Below are positions 19,731 to 29,780 of a stretch of 64,000 bases of DNA, one piece after another; position 1 is the first letter of the stretch; each line of letters starts with the position of its first letter. The stretch comes from Alphaproteobacteria bacterium (GTDB lineage Bacteria > Pseudomonadota > Alphaproteobacteria > GM7ARS4 > G965262615). The DNA is taken from contig OZ253545.1 in the NCBI GenBank assembly GCA_965262615.1, positions 640,001-704,000 of the forward strand, written 5' to 3'. A model generated the notes under the pieces. That model was given only the letters and a program-made list of their open reading frames with translations, ran no database searches and was not told where the DNA came from. The position numbers and the translations under genes were made by a program.

Positions 19731-20424
19731 TTCTCCTCTCTATCTTTTGACACCGCCGCGCATTGATGATGAATCATTTTTTTGGCGGCACATAGAAGAT
19801 ATCGTCGGCACGGGCATGGTGGCGATGGTGCAGCTGCGTCTGAAGGGCGCGAGCATGGCGCACCATGACAGTGTGACGCCGCGCCTATTGGCACTGTGTC
19901 GGCAGGCGGGCGTGAGGATGATTATGAATGACGACCCTCAATTGGCATGTCACTATGACTGTGATGGCGTTCATATCGGCAGAGATGACAGTGATGATAT
20001 GCAGGCGGTGCGCCGCTTGGTGGGCAAGACGCGCGTGATGGGTGTGAGCTGTTACGGCTCATTGGCACGAGCTGAGGCGGCAGTGGCTGCTGAAGCGGAC
20101 TATGTGGCGTTTGGTTCATTTTTCTCCAGTGCCACCAAGCCGCATCCATCGGCTCGTCCCGATTTGTCTTTGCTTACGCAATGGATAAGTGCCTCATCGT
20201 GTGCGGCGGTGGCGATAGGCGGCATTGATGTGAGCAATGTGGTCGCGGTGCGCGAGGCGGGGGCAGATTATGTGGCACTGGCGGGAGCGATTTGGAACAG
20301 TGATGACCCCACCGCTATGGTGAAAAAAATCTATCGCCAATGGCATGATAAATCAGGCTCGCCACTCATCAATAAGAACAGACGCTCAATTCCAAGAGCC
20401 ATGCCGGTCACGGCGGGCAGATGA
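19723..20424 (+). CDS. thiE: Thiamine-phosphate synthase
   Basis: LYLLTPP, VQLRLK, NDD, DGVHIG, GVSCY, ADYVAFG and VAIGGI. The 3' tail overlaps epmA. Confidence 0.9.
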   Translation: MSDSPLYLLTPPRIDDESFFWRHIEDIVGTGMVAMVQLRLKGASMAHHDSVTPRLLALCRQAGVRMIMNDDPQLACHYDCDGVHIGRDDSDDMQAVRRLVGKTRVMGVSCYGSLARAEAAVAAEADYVAFGSFFSSATKPHPSARPDLSLLTQWISASSCAAVAIGGIDVSNVVAVREAGADYVALAGAIWNSDDPTAMVKKIYRQWHDKSGSPLINKNRRSIPRAMPVTAGR

Positions 20425-21284
20425 TCCATTGCGTGCAGAAATGATTCATTGGGCGCGCTGTTCCATAAGGACAAGCGTTCGTGATTGGCGGTGCGCCCTT
20501 GCAGTTCCTCATAGCCGTTGGCGAGCTCCACCCGCACAATGAACAATTCAAAACGATGACTCAAACGAGGCTCATCATCATGAGGGCGCGCCAGCAATGC
20601 CAGAGGCGTTGGGTAATCGGTCAAAAAAGTGATGGCATCCATGCCCAGATGAGGTTCAATGAATTCAAGAAACAGGCGATAGAAAATATCCTCCCAGCTG
20701 TCATCATCATGGGTGGCAACATTGCGCCGCTGAGCTTCTTGTCGCAGCAAGTGCGGCGAGGGAGTCAGAGGATGGTCAATGGTCGCCAGCAAATCCAATT
20801 GAGCGGATTGCTCAAAGGCAGAACACATGGACAGGTGACGAATGGGAGCAGACGCGCAAAGGTGATGATGGCGGTGATGGAAGCCATCAATTCCAAGCTG
20901 TGACACAACATGATGCAACAGTGCGGCACACTCTTGCATCATCTCGGCGTCGGTTTTTTGGCAGCGATACCACTCCAGCAGTGTGAACTCATGGAGATGC
21001 AGAGGCGAGCATTCGTCATTGCGAAAGACGGGCGTGATTTGATAGATGTCTTGCCTGTGCTGAGCGATGAGTTTTTTCATGGCACATTCGGGCGAGGCGT
21101 GCAGATACTGAAGCTGATGGCGGCTCGGCGGCGTGTGCAGAGTCGTTTGCAATCCTTTGATGTGTGGCTCATAGGGCGGATGGTCAGACAGGATGGGCGT
21201 TCGCACCTCTTGCAATTGATGGCTCTGACACCACTCGCGCAGTGTGGCAATCAGCTGATGATAGAGTGGATTGTCGTACGGCAT
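20331..21284 (-). CDS. epmA: EF-P lysine aminoacylase EpmA (GenX/PoxA)
   Basis: EVRTP, EPHI, SPECAMKKL, FRNDE, EFTLLEWYR, RFELF..ELANGYEEL and GMALGIERL. No anticodon-binding domain. Confidence 0.92.
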   Translation of the reverse strand: MPYDNPLYHQLIATLREWCQSHQLQEVRTPILSDHPPYEPHIKGLQTTLHTPPSRHQLQYLHASPECAMKKLIAQHRQDIYQITPVFRNDECSPLHLHEFTLLEWYRCQKTDAEMMQECAALLHHVVSQLGIDGFHHRHHHLCASAPIRHLSMCSAFEQSAQLDLLATIDHPLTPSPHLLRQEAQRRNVATHDDDSWEDIFYRLFLEFIEPHLGMDAITFLTDYPTPLALLARPHDDEPRLSHRFELFIVRVELANGYEELQGRTANHERLSLWNSAPNESFLHAMDHLPAVTGMALGIERLFLLMSGEPDLSCHWR

Positions 21285-21301
21285 GATGGTATGAGCAGAA
21301 G

Positions 21302-22261
21302 ATGAGCGAAAAAAGACATTATGTGTATGCCGTCACAGACTATCTCAAGGAACGGATGGATGGCAAGGATGAGGCGGCACGAGTGCTGCGCCGTCAGTAT
21401 GTGCCGCATGGTGATGAGCAGCACACGCGCAGCGATGAGTCCGATGACCCCACCGCCGATGAGCATCATAGCCCCTGTGCGGGCATTGTGCATCGCTATG
21501 ATGACCGCGTGTTGCTGATGCCATTGTTGGGATGTGCGGTGTACTGTCGTTTTTGTTTTCGGCGCGCGGTGGTGGGCGGTGGTGCGCTCAGTGCGGCGCA
21601 ATTGCGTGAGGCTCTTTCTTATATCAAAGACAACACCCAGATTCGCGAGGTGATTATCAGTGGCGGTGACCCATTGATTTTGTCGCTGCGCCGACTGCGG
21701 TTTTTGTTGGAATTTTTGCAAGGGGTGAAGCATGTTGATGTGATTCGCATTCATAGCCGTGTTCCTGTGGCTGACCCTGCGCGCATTGACGACAAAATGC
21801 TGGCAGCATTGGATGAGGTGGAGAAGGGATTGTTTCTTGTGATTCATGCCAATCACGCATCGGAATTGCGGCATGAGGCGGTGCGGGCGGTTTGTCATCG
21901 TTTGGGGCGCGCGCGCGTTGCTTTGTTGGGGCAGAGCGTGTTGCTCAAGGGAGTCAATGACTCGGCGGATGCTCTTGAAGGTTTATGGCGGGCGATGGTG
22001 CGTTTGCGCATCAAGCCTTATTATTTGCATCATTTGGATCGGGCGCGCGGAACGAGTCATTTTCGCGTGTCTATGAAAAAAGGGCGGGCGTTGGTGGATG
22101 AATTGCGCGGGAATCTATCGGGCATTGCCCAAGCCACTTATGTCATTGAGACACCGCACGGCAGTGGAAAATCGCCACTGGCACAATCGTGGGTGCAAGA
22201 GCATGGCAATGGGTATATCATCCGTGATTACAACGGCGGCACGCATTTTTATGGCGACTGA
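21302..22261 (+). CDS. epmB: Lysine 2,3-aminomutase-like radical SAM protein EpmB (KamA family)
   Basis: IVHRY.DRVLL, CAVYCRFCFRR, SGGDPL, QSVLLKGVND and PYYLHHLD. Divergent from epmA. Confidence 0.9.
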   Translation: MSEKRHYVYAVTDYLKERMDGKDEAARVLRRQYVPHGDEQHTRSDESDDPTADEHHSPCAGIVHRYDDRVLLMPLLGCAVYCRFCFRRAVVGGGALSAAQLREALSYIKDNTQIREVIISGGDPLILSLRRLRFLLEFLQGVKHVDVIRIHSRVPVADPARIDDKMLAALDEVEKGLFLVIHANHASELRHEAVRAVCHRLGRARVALLGQSVLLKGVNDSADALEGLWRAMVRLRIKPYYLHHLDRARGTSHFRVSMKKGRALVDELRGNLSGIAQATYVIETPHGSGKSPLAQSWVQEHGNGYIIRDYNGGTHFYGD

Positions 22262-22866
22262 AGAGATTTCGTGCTGTCTTCCAAAAATTGGCGGGGGCGG
22301 GCATTTTCAGGATACAGTTCTTGCAGACGGCGAATGGCATCGCGCGCCTCGCGCAGTGCCTCCAGTTCTATTGTGCGTTGAATGAGTGCCATCAGTTGGT
22401 CTTGCTCTGTGGTGCGCGCCAGCAATTGATGAAAAATCTCATAGCCGTTTTCATCACGCAGTTGCAGTAATAAATCGGCTTGCAGGGAGAGCAGAGCCAG
22501 ATCATTGGGAAAGAGCTGGCGGGCGCGCTCATAGGTGAGACGGGCGCGATTGAGCTGTCCGCTCACATAATAGCTTTGTCCCAGCATGCGCCATCCTTCC
22601 ACATCGTTGGGTTGTTCTTTGAGGCGCGCGGCGAGTTGGTCAATGCGTGGCAAAAGGTCTGCGGGCATCTGCCACTGTTTCAGTTGAGCTTCACGCAAAG
22701 AGGCATGATAGCTGGCGGGCACAAACGGCTGACCCAACACGCCGTAGAGCACGAGAACAGCCAAAAGGGGAATACCAAGAGCAAGGCGTGAATATGGCGA
22801 TGGCTTGGCAAGAAACCACGCCACAAAAGCCAACCAGAAAACGATGAAAACAAGAAAATCAACCAT
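22249..22866 (-). CDS. ccmI: Cytochrome c biogenesis TPR protein CcmI/CycH-like
   Basis: Two TM helices, LY..LGQP and TPR-like PNDVEGWRMLG.SY. Last gene of the ccm cluster. Confidence 0.75.
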   Translation of the reverse strand: MVDFLVFIVFWLAFVAWFLAKPSPYSRLALGIPLLAVLVLYGVLGQPFVPASYHASLREAQLKQWQMPADLLPRIDQLAARLKEQPNDVEGWRMLGQSYYVSGQLNRARLTYERARQLFPNDLALLSLQADLLLQLRDENGYEIFHQLLARTTEQDQLMALIQRTIELEALREARDAIRRLQELYPENARPRQFLEDSTKSLQSP

Positions 22867-22938
22867 CGTTATCTACAGGCAACATGATTGCTTGTTCCCC
22901 TCGCTTGGTGGTGTCAATGAATATAGTCGCCGTAATCA

Positions 22939-23325
22939 TCAATTTCTTCTTCCTCGTGTGAGCCACCAAAATCCGCCACCGATGAATAAAAACGGCGCAA
23001 GCCACAACAACAGATGATGAAAACTGGGGGGGCTATGGAGAAAAATGCGTTCCCCATAAACAGAACGCAGCCATGTGATGATGTCGTGGTCGCTTGCACC
23101 ATCGGTAATTTTTTGTCTGACGGCAGCGCGCACATTCCGAGCAAAGGGAGCGTTGGATTCATCAATCACTTCTCCTTCACACACAAGACAGCGCAGATTG
23201 CGTGTCAGCAGGCGCGCGCGCTCTTCCAAAATGGGGTCCCGCAGCATCTCGTCAGGTTCAACCGCAAAGGCAGGGGTGGTAATCAAAAGATATGTCAACA
23301 ACAATATCATCATGAGCCGAACCAT
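22939..23325 (-). CDS. ccmH: Cytochrome c biogenesis protein CcmH/CycL
   Basis: AVEPDEML, LRCLVC, IDESNA, YG and LLWLAP. Confidence 0.92.
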   Translation of the reverse strand: MVRLMMILLLTYLLITTPAFAVEPDEMLRDPILEERARLLTRNLRCLVCEGEVIDESNAPFARNVRAAVRQKITDGASDHDIITWLRSVYGERIFLHSPPSFHHLLLWLAPFLFIGGGFWWLTRGRRN

Positions 23326-23828
23326 GCGGCAAGACGCGTCTCATCAAAAGCACCCCGTTCATGATGCACAACGATGCCATCACCATTGATGATAAAACTC
23401 TCAGGCACGCCCACCACGCCCCAAGGAATGGAAGCCAATCCTTTCATGTCAAAAAAAACGGCATCGTAAGGGTCGCCTTCGCGCGCCAGCCAGTCAATGA
23501 CATTGTCTTTGGAATCATTGTAGGCAATGCCGATGATGGTGACATCGTGAGATGGGTTATTTTTGAGCTGAAGAAATAAAGGATGTTCCAAAAGACAGGG
23601 GAAACACCATGAGGCAAAGAAATTAATCACCACCATGGAATGGTGGGGGGGCATGGGGTTGCGTGGCGCATCGGAATTGAGAGACGGCAGAAAGACGGCG
23701 GGCAGAGTTTGTCCGAGCCACGGCGATGGACGCACCCCTTTGACCACATCGGGGCTATGCAATGCCGATAACAAATACAGCACCAAAGCCACACACAGCG
23801 ACAGGGCGATGAGGGTGAGGCGGCTCAT
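23310..23828 (-). CDS. ccmG: Thiol:disulfide interchange protein CcmG/DsbE
   Basis: INFFASWCFPC..EHP, GDPY and GVPESF, with an N-terminal TM helix. Confidence 0.92.
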   Translation of the reverse strand: MSRLTLIALSLCVALVLYLLSALHSPDVVKGVRPSPWLGQTLPAVFLPSLNSDAPRNPMPPHHSMVVINFFASWCFPCLLEHPLFLQLKNNPSHDVTIIGIAYNDSKDNVIDWLAREGDPYDAVFFDMKGLASIPWGVVGVPESFIINGDGIVVHHERGAFDETRLAAWFGS

Positions 23829-25705
23829 GATTGCCTCCTGCGCCACAATGCCACAATGCCTGCCAGTGCCATCATCACGCCGCCGATCCAGAGCCAAGAG
23901 ACAAAGGGCTTGATCCAATAACGGGTTGTCCATTGTTGGTTTGCGGTTTCATTGATGGGTTCGCTGAACGCCACATAGAGGTCATGTGTCCACAGGCTCG
24001 CCACCGCCGATTCTGTGGTGACCGTGCGGCTTTCGGCGTACAGACGGCGCTCAGGCATCAATGGGATGGCGGTGGTGTCGTCATGGGCGATGATGGTGGC
24101 TTTTTTGCTGATGTAGTTATTCTCCCAGATGTCCTCCACGCGCTGCAGTTCAAATTGCCATGAATTGAGCGAGACGGTCTCGCCGATGGCTTGAAATTGG
24201 ATGGCTTCCTTTTGCCACAGCGATGCGGTTGTGGCGGCGGCAATGACCACCGCCACGCCACCATGTGCCAGCATCATGGGCAGGGCGTGTCGCCACTTGA
24301 TTTTTTGCGTGCGGATAATTCCCATGCTGGCGAAAATAATCCAACAGGCGGCAAAGATGCCGCAAAACGCTATGAGAATGTCTCGCTCTTGTCGCCACAC
24401 GGAAATGACCGCAATGGCACACGAGAGAACAAAGGCAAGGGTGAGGTGACGAACCGTGCCAGACGAAACAAGCCAAGTGGCGCGTCCGTAAGAGCGATGC
24501 GGCGCGACTCCCATCATCAATGCCAAAGGCATCCCCAGCACCAGCAGATTGTAGATATAGTAGGGCGGTCCCACCGAGACTTGTTGAGCCGAGAGCAACG
24601 GATAAAGAGTTCCCAAGAGAATAGAGGCTGCGAGTGCCAGAAGAATGACCGATTGCGCCACCATCATGAAATGACGCGATCCCACAGGCGGCATGGGCGA
24701 TGGCGGCAGACGCGCGCCGCCTCGTCCATACAGCACAATGGCACTGATGGCATAGAGGGCGAAGATGAGCAACAAGACGATGCCTCTGTGCGGGTCGGAG
24801 GCAAAGGCATGGACGGAAGTGATGAGCCCCGAGCGCACCAAAAAAGTGCCGATGATGGCAAATCCAAAAGAGACGATGGCGAGCAGTGTGACCCATCGAC
24901 TGTGACGCTCATCCTTGGTGGCAAGGCTATGGATGAGTGCGGTGGCGGCGCACCATGGAATGAAGGAGGCATTCTCCACAGGGTCCCAAAACCAAAAGCC
25001 GCCCCATCCCAATTCGTGATAAGCCCACCAAGAGCCCAAAAAAATGCCGATGGTGAGGGATGTCCATGCCAGAAGTGCCAAGGGGCGCATGAAGGATAAC
25101 AGATGATTCTTGTCGCTGGGATGACGCAGATGAGCAAACGCCAATGACGCAACGGCGGATAATCCCACATAGCCGCCGTACAGAAAAGGCGGATGGGCTG
25201 CCAGTGCGGGGTGTTGCAACAGGGGATTGAGTCCTTGTCCCTCCAATGCCGCAGGCATGAGACGCACAAACGGATTAGAGAAAAAAACCACCAAGAGCAA
25301 AAACAGGCACAAAAACACGCCATGAATAATGAGGCAATCATGACCAAACGGCGTTTGTTTTGCCTTGCCAAGAACGCGCACCAGCAGCGAGCCGTAAAGG
25401 CTCATGATGAGACACCACATCAACAACGAGCCTTCATGATTGCCCCACGCCGCCGTCAGTCGATACAGCGCGGGGGTGTCCGATGCCGAATGAAACACCA
25501 CCAGCGCGTGAGAAAAATCCGACAAAAAGAATGAGCCCAGCAAAAAGCCAAAAGACAAGACAAGACAGAGCGATGTCAGATGCCACAGACGCACAATCAC
25601 ACGCACAGTCACATCGGCACGGCGGGAATCAAAAGCCGTTGCGATGATGGCAAGGGTCATCACAAAGGCGGTTATGAGTGTGAGGTGTCCCCATTCGGCG
25701 AGCAT
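23825..25705 (-). CDS. ccmF: Heme lyase CcmF
   Basis: WGNHEGS, GLNPLLQ, HPPFLY, WAYHELGWGGFWFWDPVENAS and SVHAFASDP. Confidence 0.97.
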   Translation of the reverse strand: MLAEWGHLTLITAFVMTLAIIATAFDSRRADVTVRVIVRLWHLTSLCLVLSFGFLLGSFFLSDFSHALVVFHSASDTPALYRLTAAWGNHEGSLLMWCLIMSLYGSLLVRVLGKAKQTPFGHDCLIIHGVFLCLFLLLVVFFSNPFVRLMPAALEGQGLNPLLQHPALAAHPPFLYGGYVGLSAVASLAFAHLRHPSDKNHLLSFMRPLALLAWTSLTIGIFLGSWWAYHELGWGGFWFWDPVENASFIPWCAATALIHSLATKDERHSRWVTLLAIVSFGFAIIGTFLVRSGLITSVHAFASDPHRGIVLLLIFALYAISAIVLYGRGGARLPPSPMPPVGSRHFMMVAQSVILLALAASILLGTLYPLLSAQQVSVGPPYYIYNLLVLGMPLALMMGVAPHRSYGRATWLVSSGTVRHLTLAFVLSCAIAVISVWRQERDILIAFCGIFAACWIIFASMGIIRTQKIKWRHALPMMLAHGGVAVVIAAATTASLWQKEAIQFQAIGETVSLNSWQFELQRVEDIWENNYISKKATIIAHDDTTAIPLMPERRLYAESRTVTTESAVASLWTHDLYVAFSEPINETANQQWTTRYWIKPFVSWLWIGGVMMALAGIVALWRRRQS

Positions 25706-25714
25706 GGCATCACA

Positions 25715-26146
25715 TTATGGCGTGGGTGGTTGGTAGCCACTGGCTTTGAGTGCGGCGGCGACATCGGGCGGCATGTATTGTTCGTCATGCTTGGCGAGTA
25801 CGCGGCTGGCGATGAGAATGTTGTCTTGCATCTTGCCTTCGGCGATGACGCCTTGTCCTTCGCGAAAGAGATCGGGAAGCAAGCCTTGATACCGCACCAC
25901 CAATTCATGGTCACCATCGGTGATGGTGAATGTCACATGGTGTGATTGCTGATTGACACTGCCCTGTGCCACCAATCCACCCGCACGAATGGTTTTATGA
26001 GGCGAGACGGTCATGGTTTGAAGTTGGCTGGGGCTATGAAAATAGATGATGCTATCGCTGACACCATAAAGAGCCAGAGCAATCGCGCTGGCGGTGAGCA
26101 TCAGGGCGGTGATGATGAAAATAAGGCGTTGGCGGGCGCGCGTCAT
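25715..26146 (-). CDS. ccmE: Heme chaperone CcmE
   Basis: IRAGGLV..GS, LPDLFREGQG and VLAKHDEQYMPP. Confidence 0.95.
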   Translation of the reverse strand: MTRARQRLIFIITALMLTASAIALALYGVSDSIIYFHSPSQLQTMTVSPHKTIRAGGLVAQGSVNQQSHHVTFTITDGDHELVVRYQGLLPDLFREGQGVIAEGKMQDNILIASRVLAKHDEQYMPPDVAAALKASGYQPPTP

Positions 26147-26247
26147 TATTTTTTCCCAAAAGGATGATTGAGCCATGCCACCACCAACAAAATGACAACG
26201 GCACTGCTCCAAGCGGCGATGATGGTGAATGTGCCCCCGCTAATCAT
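26146..26247 (-). CDS. ccmD: Short heme exporter protein CcmD-like (33 aa)
   Basis: MISGGTFTIIAAWSSAVVILLVVAWLNHPFGKK, a single TM helix, coupled between ccmC and ccmE. Confidence 0.55.
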   Translation of the reverse strand: MISGGTFTIIAAWSSAVVILLVVAWLNHPFGKK

Positions 26248-26957
26248 ATGGTGTCTTTTTTTGATGTGAGCAAGTGATGCATGCGCCATGCAATCACCAA
26301 GGCGGCATAGCTGGCGGCGGCACACGCCATGACCAGAAGGGGTGTCAGCAAATCGGGATGAATGGCGGAACGCACAAAGGGGACGAGGCTGGCGGGCTGA
26401 TGCAGTGTGTGCCACCAATCAACGGAAAATTTGACGATTGGAACATTGATCAAACCGGCAATAGCGAGCCACGATGCCCGTCTCGCTGCCAGTTCATCGG
26501 AGGCAAAGCCGTGCAGCAGGGCGTAGTGTCCCATATAAAAGAAGAATAAAATCAAGGCAGAAGTGAGACGGGCATCCCACACCCAGTATGTTCCCCAAGT
26601 GGGCTTGCCCCACAGGCTGCCAGTGATGAGGGTGATGAGGGCAAAGGCTGCGCCGACAGGAGATGCCGCACGGGCAAAAATATGAGCCAGTGGCAACCGA
26701 CTTGCCAAAAAGATGATGCTCGCGCCACCAATCAGACTATAAATGAGCAACGCCATCCACGCCGAAGGCACATGGATATACATGATGCGCACCAAAGAGC
26801 CCTGTTGATAATCGGGCGGCGAGCTCCATAGTGCCATCCATGCGCCCACACACCACAGAACGAGGGTGACAATCAGCAGAGGTGTCGCACCATACCGATA
26901 CCACCGCAAAAAAGTAGCGGGACGAAATAAAGAGTGGAAAAAAGATGAGACGGTCAT
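26244..26957 (-). CDS. ccmC: Heme exporter protein CcmC
   Basis: IMYIHVP, GSLWGKPTWGTYWVWDARLTS and WWHTLHQ. Confidence 0.97.
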   Translation of the reverse strand: MTVSSFFHSLFRPATFLRWYRYGATPLLIVTLVLWCVGAWMALWSSPPDYQQGSLVRIMYIHVPSAWMALLIYSLIGGASIIFLASRLPLAHIFARAASPVGAAFALITLITGSLWGKPTWGTYWVWDARLTSALILFFFYMGHYALLHGFASDELAARRASWLAIAGLINVPIVKFSVDWWHTLHQPASLVPFVRSAIHPDLLTPLLVMACAAASYAALVIAWRMHHLLTSKKDTI

Positions 26958-27604
26958 GGGTGATGATCCTCAAGGATGCGCGCGCTCATCCATATAAGAG
27001 GAGCAAGCAGCAGGCACAGTAGCACAGCCAGCCACAAGAAGCCATCATGTTGAACACTCATGCTGGATGACGCGCCGAAAATAATGAGGGGGCTGGTGAG
27101 AGGCAGGGTGATGAGGGCATTGATGGCAGCAGGACGGCGCGCATAGAGCGATAAGCACGCGCCCAAAGCCACCAACGCCAGCAGTGTGGGAGATGCCAAC
27201 AACAACGCCGCCATGGTGTTGCCAATGATGGGCACGGGCAGATGATACCATAAGGAAACCAGAGGCACGGTGAGCAACAGGGGAACAAGATGCAGAATAA
27301 ATAGAGCAATGAGTTTTGCCACAATGACAAATTCCGTGAGGATGTCGGCTTTGAGCCACAAATCCAAAGTGCCATGACGGGCGGGTTCGGCAAACAGGCG
27401 GTCAGAGGCGAGCAAGAGGGAGAGCAGCATTGCCATCCACAGCACGCTCACCCCCATCTTGGGCAACAGCTGTGGATTGATGTCGCTGCTCAAAGGAAAC
27501 AACGCCGCAATGGTGATAAAAAACATGAGGCTGAGCAATGAGGAAAATCCTCGCGCTCGCGCCACGAGCCAATCATGGCGAATGATGGCAATGAAGGGTC
27601 TCAT
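26954..27604 (-). CDS. ccmB: Heme exporter protein CcmB
   Basis: Hydrophobic, with LFPL, LW.A.LLS.LL, GTLD and LPL..P.IIFG. Confidence 0.85.
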   Translation of the reverse strand: MRPFIAIIRHDWLVARARGFSSLLSLMFFITIAALFPLSSDINPQLLPKMGVSVLWMAMLLSLLLASDRLFAEPARHGTLDLWLKADILTEFVIVAKLIALFILHLVPLLLTVPLVSLWYHLPVPIIGNTMAALLLASPTLLALVALGACLSLYARRPAAINALITLPLTSPLIIFGASSSMSVQHDGFLWLAVLLCLLLAPLIWMSARILEDHHP

Positions 27605-28185
27605 AGATGCAGCGCCGTGGCATCAGGCACAATCATGCCATCGTGATGACTCGCCATCAGCACCGCACCGCCAGTGGCACAATGATGAGCGAGCAATTGA
27701 TAGAGCCACTGGGTGTGATGCTGGTCAAGATGCTGTTCGGGTTCGTCTAAAATCCACAGTGTTTGCGGTGGTGTCATGGTGAGCGAGGCGATGGCGACCT
27801 TTTGTCGCTGTCCGGCGGACAGGCGGTCTATGGGGGTATGTCGCCATGAGTGCAACTGGCATTGCGTGATGCAATTGTGGGCGGCGGTGCGCGGCAGATT
27901 CCACAAGTCGCTGCGATGATTGAGATTGTGTTCCACCGACAGTGCGGGGGTGAGGGCATCTTCATGAGCCAGAAAAATTGCGCGCGGCGCGCGCATGGGA
28001 GGCGTACGGTGTCCTTTTTGCATGGGCAACAAGCCGTAGGCGAGGCGTAGCAGGGTGCTTTTGCCACTGCCATTCGCGCCCCGCACAATGACACAATCAC
28101 CCGTTTCAAGAGTGAGGGACACGCGCTGAAACAATGTGTGGCTTTCGCGGCGATAGGAAATATTCTGCAATCGGACAAAAGTCAT
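27601..28185 (-). CDS. ccmA: Heme ABC exporter ATP-binding protein CcmA
   Basis: GANGSGKSTLLR, LSAGQ, LWILDEP and GGAVLMASH. Start is uncertain (28185-28248). Confidence 0.9.
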   Translation of the reverse strand: MTFVRLQNISYRRESHTLFQRVSLTLETGDCVIVRGANGSGKSTLLRLAYGLLPMQKGHRTPPMRAPRAIFLAHEDALTPALSVEHNLNHRSDLWNLPRTAAHNCITQCQLHSWRHTPIDRLSAGQRQKVAIASLTMTPPQTLWILDEPEQHLDQHHTQWLYQLLAHHCATGGAVLMASHHDGMIVPDATALHL

Positions 28186-28250
28186 GGCGCATGGGTTGCT
28201 CTTGGCGGTGTGCTGGGTCATATTGAAGAAGGAAGCAGGGGAATGCAATC

Positions 28251-28628
28251 ATGGAGCTGACCATTCGTTTACGCACTCATTTTTGGGGTGTTTGTGTGGG
28301 AGAGGATTCTTTGGGCAATCGTTATTATCGCGATCGCCATTTTGGTTTTGGAGCGCGAGCAGGAGACAAGGAGCGTCGCTGGGTTGTGTATCATGACGAG
28401 GCGGAGGCATCAATGGTGACGGCGGCGTGGCATGGATGGTTGCATCACACAACCGATGACATTCCCAATGACATGGTGCACCATCCCTATGACTGGATGC
28501 GGGAGCATCAACCCAATCAGACAGGAACGGCGCGCGCATGGCACAGACAAGGCTCGCTTCATGACCAACACAGACGAGCCCATGCCACGGGTGATTATCA
28601 GCCGTGGATGGGAGGAGAGAGTCCATGA
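28251..28628 (+). CDS. NADH:ubiquinone oxidoreductase subunit NDUFA12-like
   Basis: VGEDSLGNRYY, RRWVVY, WHGWLHH, PNQTGT and DYQPW. Confidence 0.92.
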   Translation: MELTIRLRTHFWGVCVGEDSLGNRYYRDRHFGFGARAGDKERRWVVYHDEAEASMVTAAWHGWLHHTTDDIPNDMVHHPYDWMREHQPNQTGTARAWHRQGSLHDQHRRAHATGDYQPWMGGESP

Positions 28629-29086
28629 CATTATCATCGGAGCATCGGCGCGCCGTCATAGGTCTGAGTGCGCTGCTGGCATTGTTTGTGTTGCTGGTGG
28701 TGTCGCAAGGCGGTGAGCAAGATGATACGCAAGGGTATGAATTGCGGGCAGTATTCAATGATGTGACGGGGGTGCAAAGAGGCACGGTGGTGCGTTTGGC
28801 GGGAATTCCCATCGGGCATGTGACACAGATGACATTGATGACCGATGGCAAAGCTCAATTGGTGATGCGGGTGATGGATGACATTGAGATTCCCACCGAC
28901 AGTGCCATTGCGGTGCAAAAGGATGGATTGTTCGGCTCGACCGTTTTGGTGGTGGAGGTGGGCGGAGCGATGACGATGCTTGCGCCACAGACGCGTTTTT
29001 CGTACAGCGAGGATGCTTTGACGCTGGATGATTTGCTGGATGCGGTCATTCAGCAAGGAGAGCAAAACAAAAAGAAAAAGGGGTGA
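28625..29086 (+). CDS. MlaD/MCE-family protein
   Basis: N-terminal TM helix, F.DVTGV..G..VRLAGIPIG.V, IPTDS and DGLFG. Confidence 0.85.
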   Translation: MTLSSEHRRAVIGLSALLALFVLLVVSQGGEQDDTQGYELRAVFNDVTGVQRGTVVRLAGIPIGHVTQMTLMTDGKAQLVMRVMDDIEIPTDSAIAVQKDGLFGSTVLVVEVGGAMTMLAPQTRFSYSEDALTLDDLLDAVIQQGEQNKKKKG

Positions 29087-29090
29087 TGAC

Positions 29091-29552
29091 ATGAACAAGG
29101 GTCAGTTGTTTGAAACACTGCTAGGCAGTGCGGTGCTGTTGGTGGCGGTGGGCTTTATCGGCTATGGCGCAACCACCATTGGTGAATGGGGCAAGGAGAG
29201 TGGCATCACCGAGCACGAGGCGCGCTTTTTGCGAGTGGGAGGATTACGCAAGGGAGCGGATGTTGTTTTGAATGGCGTGTCCATTGGCACGGTGACCTCC
29301 GTTGAATTGGATCAGCAGACCTATGAGGCGGTGGTGCACTTTGTCAAAGAACAAGACATTTCTCTGCCGATGGACAGTGCCGCCGCCATCGGCAGTGACG
29401 GGCTTACGGGGGGAAAATTTTTGATGATCAACACAGGTGTCGCCTCGCAATTTCTTGCCGATGGCGATGCCATTGCCCGCACCATTGATTATGAGTCCAT
29501 TGAGGACAAAGTCAGTCAGATTATTTTCCTCGCCGCAGGGGATGACGAATGA
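29091..29552 (+). CDS. mlaD: Outer membrane lipid asymmetry protein MlaD
   Basis: ETLLG.AVL, GGL..GADV...GVSIG.V, LP.DS.A.I.SDGL.GGKF. Confidence 0.85.
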   Translation: MNKGQLFETLLGSAVLLVAVGFIGYGATTIGEWGKESGITEHEARFLRVGGLRKGADVVLNGVSIGTVTSVELDQQTYEAVVHFVKEQDISLPMDSAAAIGSDGLTGGKFLMINTGVASQFLADGDAIARTIDYESIEDKVSQIIFLAAGDDE

Positions 29553-29773
29553 TCGCCATGCCCCAATGGCGCACTCAAGAGGGAACGCCTCTCGCCTGCG
29601 AGGACAAAATTCAATTGCTCAATGAAAATGTGCAGGAATTGAACGGCTTGATGCAAGACGCGCTGGAAGAAATTGTTCTCATGGGTGGTGATGAGAATCA
29701 GTTGCGCCAGCTGTTGCATCAGATGATTGACACCATTCCGCCATGGCAGGAACGCCGCAAGCTGAGCGATTGA
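29549..29773 (+). CDS. Small conserved hypothetical protein
   Basis: W....G.PL.C.DKI..L.EN..E....QDALE...LMG, coupled within the operon. Confidence 0.7.
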   Translation: MIAMPQWRTQEGTPLACEDKIQLLNENVQELNGLMQDALEEIVLMGGDENQLRQLLHQMIDTIPPWQERRKLSD

Positions 29774-29780
29774 TGACACC

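Noticed and set aside
22249-28248. Contiguous ccmA-I operon as an unusual feature
   Set aside because: This order is widespread in proteobacteria and is ordinary housekeeping.
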